From contig OZ024746.1 in assembly GCA_964016885.1 (NCBI GenBank), positions 61,256,001-61,320,000 of the forward strand: a DNA stretch of 64,000 nucleotides, read 5' to 3'. Under the pieces are notes generated by a model. The model was not told where the DNA came from and searched no databases. It saw only the letters and a program-made list of their open reading frames with translations. The translations under genes were made by a program, and so were the position numbers. The DNA comes from Eledone cirrhosa. Its lineage: Eukaryota. Below are positions 51,941 to 64,000 of this stretch, in pieces. Position 1 is the first letter of the stretch. Each line of letters starts with the position of its first letter.

Positions 51941-53389
51941 TTTGTTTTAAAGGTTTAGATAAATATATACTATAAATGAATGAATGGATGAACTATGAGT
52001 AACTTGTTAGGAACACGTCCAGTTTTGTAATATAATTTTTTCACTATTTCTTTTCCTCTATATTTATATTACAGGTAAATTTACAGAACAACACCCCTCT
52101 CCGGTTCATTGGGAAAATTGTTTTGTTGTTCGGCAAACAGATGTAAAAAGATAGCCGAACATACATATACATTATGTATGATCTATATAGCAATTACAGA
52201 GGCAAAATTAGACGACTTGCGGTATCGAAACGGACGAAGTTATTGTTTACATCCCTAATTTTATTTTAAAAATTCGAGAAATAGATTAATTAACTTAGAA
52301 GTATCCACGTTAAAACAAAATGTATTCGTTTCGGTCATTCAAGAAAACTAAGTTATTTCGCAGGTGTTTTTCTATAAATTTAGAAAAAAAAACAAATCCC
52401 ACTGAAATCGAGAGGGTTTTTTTTCTAAAATAATTGTTATATGGTAGAAGTAACGGAGCGAATTGGCAGTCATTAGAACGTATGATAGAGTGCTTTGTGT
52501 TATTCGTTCTAACTCTCTGCTCTCCGAGTTCAAATTCCGCCGAGGTCATCTTTGCCTTTCATCCTTTCGAGGTCAATAAAAAAAGCACCAGTCTAGTACC
52601 GGGGTCGATTCTTCTGCTGTCATTTTTTATCTTTCTCTGGAAGAAATCTGGAGTTATGGGACCATACCATATACCCATTGTAGAAGTATAACTTATTTAA
52701 CAATTAAATTCTATGGAAAATGAATGTTCACTAGTTAAAATAAGTCATAAATGATGACAATATTCCCTTAAATATGTCTTCTATTTTTATTCTATCATCA
52801 CAGGATGAAGCAAAACAAATAAGTTTCTTTCTCTAACACTTAAAATAGTTTCATGCAATAAATACGTCTAAAGAAAAGATTTCTCATGGACCCCTAAAAT
52901 ACTACTGTGGATCCCCAATTTACTATTTTGCTTGTGTGGTCTCCAAAATATTTTGAAATGACACAATTTTTATGAATAGGAGCGACAAGAGTGAGAAGTG
53001 CGACATTTATACATTAGGGAAAGTCCAGTGATCCCTATTGTGTCGTGTGATTTGAGTATGTGGCTTTCCCCTTTCCCTAATTTGTTCTTTTATTATCCTC
53101 TCCCCATTTTTATTATTTTCCCTATCCATTTTTTCTTATTTTAATACTAAATTTTAATACAACAATCCAAGATTCAAAACTTGATTCACATATACACACG
53201 GGTAGCTAAGAACTTCCGATTGTTCAACGGTCGCCATAGAAAAAAATGATAATAAAAATAACAACGAATAGAAGCGTTAGGTCAAGTTGGTGATTGTAAA
53301 TCTACAAATATAATTATAGTTATTGTTGACCATTAGAAATGTAAACATCATTTAATACAGAAGTTTATGGTAAACAAAGTGTTTATTAC

Positions 53390-53442
53390 CTGAGTTCTTT
53401 GAGACTTTCCAATTTAGATAAGATATCCATTTCATCAGCCAT
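53390..53442 (-). CDS. ZC4H2: ZC4H2 exon 1 coding part
   Basis: MADEMDILSKLESLKEL(R), like vertebrate MADEQEIMCKLESIKEIR; GTAATA donor; the five exons sum to 669 nt = 222 aa + stop. Confidence 0.95.
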
Positions 53443-55520
53443 AGCAGCAACTATGTGATAGATCTGAAAAAATCGATCGTTCTTCTATCGGAAAAAAAAA
53501 ACAATTTCCGATGAATTTCTGAAGAAAGAATGTCTGAAGAATGTGGAGAGTGATCGGTCCACGGGAGATAACTTAAGACAATTCTGTAACATTAATTTCT
53601 AGACTTAGACTTCGATATTGACTCCTGTATTTGATTTTAGTTTAAATTTGGACAAATTCTTATAAATTATGATTTTAAGGTAAATTTTTAGGGAAACTCG
53701 AGTTCGGGTAAAAAAAAATTTTCTTTTCTTTTTTCGTGTTTTCAACGATTCTGACCGTCAAACCCGTCGGAAATTACTTGTTTTTCAAATATCAGAGAGA
53801 AAAGAATGTTTTAAAAAACAGGGTAAATTTATAGAACATCCCCTCATTTTTAATTGGAAAAAAAAAACCATGTTTTTCTTCGTCTTTTTTCTTTCTTTCT
53901 TTTTTTCGGTTGCTATCAACTAATCTAACTTCCAAGATGCACGCAATTGATTTTTTTTCTAGGAAGACGGAGGACGTGGGCTGTCACTCTAATTAGAGTT
54001 TTCTCTACGATCTTTTTTCCGCATGTTATTAACGAACATGACATCTAAACCCGTCGGAAACGACTAGCTTTGTAGAAAAAGGAGGGGGTCGGGGTAGAAA
54101 GACCATCGGAGTTTCGCAGATCTTCACACCTCTCCCGTTTGGTGGGAAATAATTGTTGGCTTTTTGTTGTTGTTTTGTTCTTTTCGTGTGCTATCAATTA
54201 ATCTGACTTCAAAGATGCTCGCAATCGACTCCCCCACCGGTCAATAGAAACATTAATTCTAAACCTAACCTTAACCCTAATCTGAAAAAATGTCGATTCT
54301 TTAATAATATCAAACATTGACAAAATTCAAATCCTTATTATTTGACACAAAGTCATACTACTAGTGTGTGGAGGCGCGTGACCTAATGTCGTGGGTTCGA
54401 TTCCTGGACTGAATTTTGTGTTGTGTTCTTGAGCAAAATACTTCATTTCACGTTGCTCCTATATACTCAGCTGAAAATCAGTACCAGTAATAACAGGGGG
54501 TTTAACCCTTCTAAGGAGAAACTATATATATTAGAGAAAAGATTTAGCGTTGCTCAACTATCAGACTTTAATCGGCGTAAAAAATAAAAATTGATAAAAT
54601 ATAATGAAAGTCAGCTATTTGGATGGAAGGGAAGAAAGTCAATTAAATTTACCCTAGTATATAACTGGTATTTTATTTATATATCCCTTATGGTTGAAAG
54701 GTAATTTTGACTTCGGCGGGATTTGAACACAGAAAATAAAGTACCGCAAAGCATTTTGTCCAACACTCTAACGATTCTGCTAATATGTTTACAAGATCTG
54801 TATTATTTCTTCCGAAGTGTATTGAGTACTTTTGTGTAAATCATCATGAAAACTCTCACATACGTTACAGTTTCTCTTCTACAGAATTGAACACAGTCAA
54901 CTTACACAAATATCATACATAAATACATAAAACACTAGTCGATAAATATATTCCAATTCCATCGGGTAAGTTAACTAAAAAACAATAATCTATTTATTTA
55001 TCGAAACACAAGTAGAAAACGAAAAAAACTCCACCGAACTGAGCTGAAATTAACCATACGTTCTGTACATGGAAATAGATGATGAAAGGGAGAAATACGT
55101 CTGCAAGAGGTGGGGAAGTGGCGACGTCGATAGTATGACCGTGACCTTGTTATAATTACTTGACCTTGACATTTATATCGCTGAAAGATGTGACGAATGA
55201 ATAAATCGCAATACGAGGTAACTAACATGTTAAATCGAGCACAAAATAGATGTATATATTCATGACGAAACTCATTTATGTGATAACGAAGGAAGATGTG
55301 TTAATATTCTTATTTACCGTAGAACTTTATCGACAAAATGCATTCATTATAGCAAGATAACTTTAACGACAATATGAGATTCGAAGGAAACTACTTTATT
55401 TTTCGTTATTTGATAGCAAAAACAATAGCTGAAAATAAAACTAATCGTACTTGATCTGTTTCGCATAAAACTTATAGAAAATAATTATAAATATTGTATA
55501 TTGGCTAAGGGAGTTTCGTT

Positions 55521-55602
55521 GACGAGGTGGCCGAGTGGTTAAGGCGATGGACTGCTAATCCATTGGGGTCTCCCCGCGTGAGTTCGAATCTCATCCTCGT
55601 CG
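55521..55602 (+). tRNA. tRNA-Ser(GCT)
   Basis: 82 nt, acceptor GACGAGG/CCTCGTC, anticodon GCT 55554-55556, long variable arm GGGG-TCT-CCCC, GTTCGAATC, T-run terminator just downstream. Confidence 0.97.
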
Positions 55603-55949
55603 AGTGACTTTTTCTTTCTGTTTTATTTTTTAGTTTTAAGTCAGTTCTTATGAAGCAGGCATACAATCAAGTGTTAGCATACTTATCTCTCTCTATATAT
55701 ATATCATCGTTTTGCATTTGCTTTTCCCTGCTTGTAATATATCAAATCAAAATTACATTATTAAATCTTATTTTTATTTTGTTTCTTGTAAATGATTTTT
55801 TTCAAAATATCAATTGAAAACTTTTGTGAATCGGCATCATATCTTGTCATTTACCTATGGTTTAAATTTCATATAAATTGAAGGGAAAAAATGTTCAGTG
55901 GCGGTTTGTGCCCCAGGGAAACCCTTTGATTAAAATGAAATATACTTAT

Positions 55950-56070
55950 CCAAGTACCTTGGGCAATGTAGTTTCAGAATATGAGGCTTATGAGGGTCTA
56001 TCTCCAAAACCATAGGAGGAGTTTGTGAACAAACAAACAAACAGACAGGAACTACTACTTTATATATATA
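55950..56070 (-). mobile_element. Non-autonomous Helitron-like 5' end
   Basis: Minus TATATATAAAGTAGTAG..CTGTCTGTTTGTTTGTTTG..AACTCCTCC. Confidence 0.4.
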
Positions 56071-56859
56071 TATCATCATCATCGTTTAATGTCCATCTTC
56101 CATGCTAGCATGGGTTGGACAGGTTTGTCCCACTTGAGGCAAGATTGGTCAGTTGACCGTGTTTCGCTTGTACAGAACTGTTTCTGGCAGGTTCTCTATG
56201 GCTGGATGCCCTTCCTAACACCAATCACATTTACAGTGTGGACTGGGAGCCTTTTTACCGTGTCTCCTACACAACCATAAATATATATATATTTATTGAA
56301 TTTCCACCCTGGAACTGGATTTTTACCCGCTTTACCTGAACTTCCACCTGGATATCTTTTTGGATCACTGGAATTTTTCATTGCCTTACATCAATATCCC
56401 TCAACTCACTACCACTTTTCTTCCACTATTCTCTTCTGATTACTCCTTTCTTACCATTCTCCTCTATCTTCTTTAATTTTTAATGAAGGACTAGCATCCA
56501 AAATGTTAAGACTTTTCCTATTATATCAAGCATAAAACTAATATATTTCTTCATTGTACTGTATCATTTGCTTTATTTCTGTTTACTTTTTGCATACATA
56601 CATACATTATTGTAAATGGTGTTTGATTACATTAGTGCTTGTATTTTGAAAAACATCTATTTGGAGGTTAGATTTTCATGTTCAGAATGTGTTTTGATGA
56701 GCCAAATTTACATCATTTAATTGACATTATAATCATTAGACTCAACAGTTATTTAGTTCACCTTACTATATCACATAAAGAACATTCCCTTCACATTTTG
56801 ATGAAGAAATATTTCCAGTTACCAAAATACAATATCCTTCAATGTTTTAGTGTTACAAT

Positions 56860-57600
56860 AGATTTGGTAGCTACTGTAATACTACTGTCTAGTCCCGGTA
56901 CTACCACTAATACTCTTACATCTGACTTAGTAGCTACAACAATACCATACATCCTTGTCTAATTCTGGTACCACCACTAATACATCTGACTTAGTAGCTA
57001 CAGCAATACCATACATCCTTGCCTTTTCTTGTCTAATTCTGGTACCACCACTAATACATCTGACTTAGTAGCTACAACAATACCATACATCCTTGCCTTT
57101 TCTTGTCTAATTCTGGTACCACCACTAATACATCTGACTTAGTAGCTACAACAATACCATACATCCTTGCCTTTTCTTGTCTAATTCTGGTACCACCACT
57201 AATACATCTGACTTAGTAGCTACAACAATACCATACATCCTTGCCTTTTCTTGTCTAATTCTGGTACCACCACTAATACATCTGACTTAGTAGCTACAAC
57301 AATACCATACATCCTTGCCTTTTCTAGTCTAATTCTGGTACCACCACTAATACTTGTACATCTGACTTAGTAGCTACAGCAATACCATACATCCTTGCCT
57401 TTTCTTGTCTAATTCTGGTACCACCACTAATACTCATACATCTGATTTGGTAGCTACAGCAATACCATACATCCTTGCCTTTTCTTGTCTTGTCCTACTA
57501 CCACCACTAATACTTGTACATCTGACTTAGTAGCTACAGCAATACTATACATCCTTGTCTAGTTCTGGTACCATCACTAATACTCTTACATTTGATTTAG
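56860..57600. repeat. 74-bp minisatellite, about 10 copies
   Basis: GTCTAATTCTGGTACC at 56957, 57031, 57105, 57179, 57253, 57327, then 80-bp variants. Confidence 0.95.
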
Positions 57601-58305
57601 TCATCTTAATTCACCTTCATTATCAGTAGACTCAGAACATTCCTAAATATCTTACAATCACTTCCTCTCTTTAGGTAAACAAGAACTTACCTGCCATAAC
57701 ACAACTGACACAAAATATGAAATGCTTATTTCACCAATCATTAGAAGCAGTAAAACGATCAAGAAATGTTCATATCTTTCTTTTTTTTCCCAAACCCAGA
57801 GGTTCAATAGGACAGTGCTTATCTCAGTTTCCTTGGCATTAAGCAACTGCGAGTACAAGACTTCCCTACTGGACAGGACACCAGTCAATCGTGAGGTTAA
57901 CTATCAGTTACTGCTGGTAGTCATTTTCAGCCGAGTGTATTGGAACAATGTGAAATGAAGTGTTTTGCGCAAAGAATAAATGTGCTTCTGTTCCAGGAAT
58001 CAAAAACCCTAACCACTAGGTCACATGCCTTCATAAATGTTAATATTGAGGACTTAATCAGTTACAGCAGCATTTATTGAACTTTTAATCTATCGAAAAT
58101 TACAGGTTAGCTAAAAGCAAATTTGGTCTTTGTGAAATTGTATAAAAAAACAAAATGTTATAGTTTACTTGAAGCATTGTATATAATATATAACATTGAA
58201 AGAGATAGAAGGCTAAACAATGCAAAATGGACTGTAAGATGAGGTAACAAAAAGTAAAAGTAAATTACCTGGTAATCTTTGTTTTTTTTGTTGTTATTTT
58301 ATCTG

Positions 58306-58716
58306 TCCAATATTTCGGGACCTAAAAGTCTCTTCATCAGGGTTTAAGGAACTTTCAGTGGATAATGTTCCAATTTCCACTCTGGGATAAAATTTTGATT
58401 TTGATTTAAATTTTTTCTAAGTCGTTTTCAAGCGTTTTTCAATGGTTATTTCGCTTTCCACATGAATGACATTAATTGGCAATATAGTATTTCGCAAAAT
58501 CAATTTTCGTTTTTGTACGAGATGTTTAGTTTGTGTGTCTGTGGGTGTTTCTTTTTATGTCAAGTACTGTGTGCTGAGTTCTAATCTATTATTTATTTGC
58601 GGGTTCAGTCTACGTTTGAGCAAGGCTTTCTGAATTCTTAAGTTGCTCACATTTCTATCACTGGCTTTAATGGTAACAGTAATACATTGTTTGATGTTAC
58701 TACATTTGTCAATGAG
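58306..58716 (-). mobile_element. PLE 3' end: GIY-YIG C-terminal remnant followed by a hammerhead-like motif
   Basis: 58716-58555 reads ..NLRIQKALLKRRLNPQINNRLE..*; 58343-58306 CC-CTGATGA-A-GAGAC..GTCCC-GAAA-TA-TT-GG. Confidence 0.7.
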
Positions 58717-58880
58717 TATAAAAAAATATTTTATGATAAATATAATGAATAAGGAGTAATCACATAAAACAAATTAACGAAGTTTATTCATTAAAAAATA
58801 TTTTCAAAATATAATAACTACTTGTAATTGACAAAAGATTAGTTTTTAATGGAATCAGCAGATACTGTTCTTTTAAATCA

Positions 58881-59228
58881 CATCATCATCATCATCATAT
58901 CATTTTACGTCCACTTTTCCCTGCTTACAAGGGTGGGACGGGAACTGATTCTTGCTTGATTTCTACAGCTGGATGCCCTTCCTAACACCAACCTCATTTA
59001 CAGTGAGTGCTGGGTGCTTTTTTGCCATGGCACCTCCACGACCACTTTGCAGTGGAATGATAGAGACCGCAGTCCCTATCATCTCATTTCTACAGCTGAG
59101 TAAACTGGAGCAATGTGAAATAAAGTGCCTTGCTCAAGGAAACAACACATCACCTGGTCTGAGAATTGAACTCACAACCTTTCGATTGCAAGGCCAATGC
59201 TCTAAACACTAAGCCATGTGCCTCCACA
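58881..59228 (-). mobile_element. SINE family B
   Basis: Full-length copy; family A copy adjacent at 59251-59440. Confidence 0.88.
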
Positions 59229-59963
59229 TATTTGCTTTAATACTTAAAATAATGATTTTTGATTTAGGCACAAGGCCAACAATTTTGGGGAAGAGAAAGT
59301 CATTTAAATCACCCCCAGTGTTACTGGCGCTTTATTTTATTGACCCTGTAAGGATGAAAAGCAAAGCTAACCTTGGCAGGATTTGAACTCAGAATGTAAA
59401 GGGACATAGCTATATGCTGCAAAGCACGTTGTCCGACACTGTCAAGCCATTACTCTTTTAATACTTAAGATAATACTTATAAAAATATTACTCAATGATA
59501 TAATACTTGATAAGAAACATCAAATCTTTTGTCTTTGTTAAAGTATGTGGCAATCTAAGTTTTTCTAAAAAAATGCATATTGATTCAAGACATACAAGTT
59601 AGAAAATGTGTGATATCAGCAGAGGTCTGTATATAGTATAGTATAAAATATGAGCAGTTTAGCATGGAATAAGACTTCAAATGATAGCCAATATTAAAAA
59701 AGGATTGGATTGCTAATCCAAAGGTAAGCATTTAAAGTCTTACTTTATGCTCATTATACACCTAAGGCACACAAGCTTTAAATGTAGCACACCCAGACAC
59801 CCCAATTTTGAAAGCTGAATTATCAACCAAGAGTTTTGTGAAGACATTTTATTTTTTAAAAAGAATACAAAATTTATTAAATGGTAGCATAACCCAAAAT
59901 AGAAAAAACTCAGCCTTCCATAATTGATAAAAATTAAAATATTTCAAATTTAAAAGACGAGTC

Positions 59964-60055
59964 CTAAGGAGTCAGCCGCTTGGGATCACGAGGGTAGAGA
60001 GATGTCTTCCTGATATTGTCCAGGCCCAGGTACAGCATGGTGACACGTTCACAAC
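59964..60055 (-). CDS. DARS1: Last coding exon of cytosolic aspartyl-tRNA synthetase
   Basis: TTTACAG acceptor then (G)[29 protein letters not shown], matching eukaryotic Asp[32 protein letters not shown]; AATAAA at 59878-59873; too short for the ORF track. Confidence 0.93.
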
Positions 60056-60191
60056 CTGTAAAGATAAAGGACACTTTCAATGACATTGTTGTCATTTCTT
60101 TTCTGTTTGTTTATTGAGGAGAAAGGGTAGTGCCCATGCTCCTCTTAGGACGTCAGAAATTAAAGGGATGGAGAGAAGAAATGATCTTTAA

Positions 60192-60388
60192 CTCTTTAGC
60201 ATTCACATTATTTTATATATACTATTATATTTTCATGGTAAAGGCTTTACCTCACATAATATCGAATCTATGAGATTTTGAAATTATTTATTTTGAGAAC
60301 AATACCTTAACATCAGTTTGAGCAACCGGTTACAGCCAGTTTCAACAGAAAGAGGTAGAGAATTCTGGCTGGTTTGAAAACTAAAGGG
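60192..60388. mobile_element. piggyBac-like MITE
   Basis: TTAA flanks; inverted homologue of 27516-27739. Confidence 0.72.
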
Positions 60389-60990
60389 TTAAACTAGAAA
60401 CCTGGCTTAAACACTTGCAATAGTGGACTCTGCTAAAAGCACCTCAGAGCTGGGCTATGGTGTTAAGTAAGTTATGTCAGAAAAAAACCATGACAAATAC
60501 TGCATTTTGTCCTAACAACTCTGCCAATTTAGAAATTTATAATTTCTCTCTGGCGAATACATCCATCAAGGAGAGAATAGCCTCTTGATACCCAGTATGA
60601 TACTGTACATTATTGGTTTGTTTTTAACTAAAGGAAATTGGATTAGTACATATGGTGTTCTTTAGAGGTGAGAAAGACCAGAACAATGAGATGATGAAAG
60701 AGAAATATACAGAATTTAGGTGAAAATGACACAAGGTCAGTAAGTCTGATTTAGCAGAAAGGACATGGTTTATAGGAGAAGTGAATCAGTGGCTGAAATG
60801 GTATTGAGTTTCATTATATGTATATAAATGAGTGCAGATATGGCTTTGTGGTTAAGAATTCATTCTGCAACCACCTGGTTTTAGGTTTGATCCTACAATG
60901 TGGTATCTTGGGCAAGTGTCTTCTACTCTAACCATGAGCTTACCAATGCCTTGTGAATTAAATTGTTAGATTAACATTGTGCAGAAGTCC

Positions 60991-61055
<65 letters not shown>

Positions 61056-61057
<2 letters not shown>

Positions 61058-61368
61058 AGGCACATGGCTTAGTGGTTAGACGGGAACTGATTCTGGCTTG
61101 ATTTCTACAGCTGGATGCCCTTCCTAACACCAACCTCATTTACAGTGAGTGCTGGGTGCTTTTTTTGCCGTGGCACCTCCACGACCACTTTGCAGTGGAA
61201 TGATAGGGAACCCAGTCCCTATCATCTCATTTCTACAGCTGAGTAAACTGGAGCAATGTGAAATAAAGTGTCTTGCTCAAGGAAACAACACATCACCCGG
61301 TCTGAGAATTGAACTCACAACCTTTCGATTGCAAGGCCAATGCTCTAACCACTAAGCCATGGGCCTCC
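61056..61368 (-). mobile_element. SINE family B with inverted head duplication
   Basis: 61056-61080 is the reverse complement of 61344-61368 (1 mismatch). Confidence 0.85.
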
Positions 61369-61431
<63 letters not shown>

Positions 61432-61550
61432 CATATATATATATACATATATACATATACATATATACATATACATATACATATATACATATATATATAT
61501 ACATATATACATATATATATATACATATATATATATACATATACATATAC

Positions 61551-61581
<31 letters not shown>

Positions 61582-61602
61582 CATATATATATATATATAT
61601 AC

Positions 61603-61681
<79 letters not shown>

Positions 61682-61854
61682 CATATATACATATACACAT
61701 ATATATATATATATACATATATACATATATATATATATACATATATACATATACACATATATATATATATATACATATATACATATACACATATATATAT
61801 ATATACATATATACATATACACATATATACATATACACATATATATATATACAC

Positions 61855-61885
<31 letters not shown>

Positions 61886-62334
61886 CATATACATATATAC
61901 ATATATATATACATATATATACATATATATATATATATATACATATATATATACATATATATACATATATATATATATATATACATATATACATACATAC
62001 ATATATATATATATACATATATACATACATACATATATATATATATACATATATACATACATACATATATATATATACATATATACATACATACATATAT
62101 ATATATACATATATACATACATACATATATACATACATACATATATATATATATACATACATACATACATATATATATATACATATATACATACATACAT
62201 ATATATATATACATATATATATATACATATATATATACATATATACATATATATACATATATACATATATATACATATATACATATATATACATATATAT
62301 ACATATATATACATATATATACATATGTATACAT

Positions 62335-62367
<33 letters not shown>

Positions 62368-62404
62368 TATATACATATATACATATACATATATATATAT
62401 ATAC

Positions 62405-62453
<49 letters not shown>

Positions 62454-62524
62454 CATATATATATATACATATATATATATACATATATATATATACATAT
62501 ATATATATACATATATATATATAC

Positions 62525-62555
<31 letters not shown>

Positions 62556-62802
62556 CATATATATATATACACATATATATATATACATATATATATACAT
62601 ATATATATATACATATATATATATACATATATATATATATACATATATATTATACATATATATTATACATATATATATACATATATATATACATATATAT
62701 ATATACATATATATATACATATATATATATATACATATATATATACATATATATATATATACATATATATATACATATATATATATATACATATATATAT
62801 AC

Positions 62803-62867
<65 letters not shown>

Positions 62868-63116
62868 CATATATATATACATATATATATACATATATAT
62901 ATACATATATATATACATATATATATATACATATATATATACATATATATATACATATATATATACATATATATATACATATATATATACATATATATAC
63001 ATATATATATACATATATATATACATATATATATACATATATATACATATATATATATATACATATACATATATATATATATACATATATATACATATAT
63101 ATATATATACATATAC

Positions 63117-63149
<33 letters not shown>

Positions 63150-63157
63150 CACATATA

Positions 63158-63223
<66 letters not shown>

Positions 63224-63294
63224 CATATATATATATACATATATATATATACATATATATATATACATATATATATATACATATATATATATAC

Positions 63295-63325
<31 letters not shown>

Positions 63326-63398
63326 CATATATATATACATATATATATACATATATATATATATACATATATATATACATACATATATATATACATAC

Positions 63399-63445
<47 letters not shown>

Positions 63446-63528
63446 CATATATATATATACATATATATATACATACATATATATATACATATATATATAT
63501 ATACATATATATATACATATATATATAC

Positions 63529-63575
<47 letters not shown>

Positions 63576-63614
63576 CATATATATACATATATATATACAT
63601 ATATACATATATAC

Positions 63615-63653
<39 letters not shown>

Positions 63654-63688
63654 CATATATACATACATATATATATATACATATATAC

Positions 63689-63737
<49 letters not shown>

Positions 63738-63766
63738 CATATATATATATACATATATATATATAC

Positions 63767-63797
<31 letters not shown>

Positions 63798-63812
63798 CAT
63801 ATTATATATATA
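61369..63812. repeat. 2.4-kb (TA)n/(TATAC) microsatellite
   Basis: Only TA and CA dinucleotide units. Confidence 0.98.
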
Positions 63813-63814
63813 CG

Positions 63815-64000
63815 ATTAGGGACCGGGTGAATATAGACGAGATGCAATTTGGGTTTGTTCCAGGGAAAGGCACCACTGATGCGCTCTTCCTTGTGAGGCA
63901 ATTACAGGAAAAGTACCTAGCTAAAAGTAAGCCACTCTACTTGGCATTTGTCGACCTTGAGAAAGCCTTTGACAGAGTTCCACGTGCAGTAATCTGGTGG
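63815..64000 (+). mobile_element. 5'-truncated RTE LINE, RT domain, runs off the window
   Basis: [38 protein letters not shown]. Confidence 0.9.

Noticed and set aside
61293-63901. Very long YI/IY/MYIY ORFs (also 12-570, 859-1380, 1978-3252, 30805-31270)
   Set aside because: Translations of TA/CA microsatellites, which lack stop codons in several frames

Overview
AT-rich, microsatellite-laden animal genomic DNA. The SINE/RTE repertoire and huge (TA)n/(CA)n tracts point to a cephalopod, most likely an octopus (inference). Host genes: a complete 5-exon ZC4H2 orthologue (minus strand, 42773-53442, 222 aa), the last coding exon of cytosolic aspartyl-tRNA synthetase (minus), a first coding exon of a secreted protein with a divergent IGFBP-like (CCN-type) domain (minus), and a tRNA-Ser(GCT). 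The rest is repeats: a near full-length RTE-clade LINE, many RTE, CR1, CRE and Penelope-like (PLE) fragments, a decayed Helitron, a Merlin transposase remnant, MITEs, two tRNA-derived SINE families and minisatellites. Two signals stand out. (1) At least five core-intact and several decayed type-I hammerhead ribozyme motifs occur in short PLE-derived, often fold-back, mostly (TA)n-adjacent modules; one lies in sense orientation 115 nt upstream of a ZC4H2 splice acceptor. (2) A patch of the LINE reverse transcriptase appears A-to-G hypermutated on the sense strand, as expected of an ADAR-hyperedited RNA copied back into DNA; a sequencing or polishing artefact is not excluded. Nearly all long Y/I/C/V-rich ORFs in the track are microsatellite artefacts. 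All structures and counts were derived by eye; repeat boundaries are approximate.
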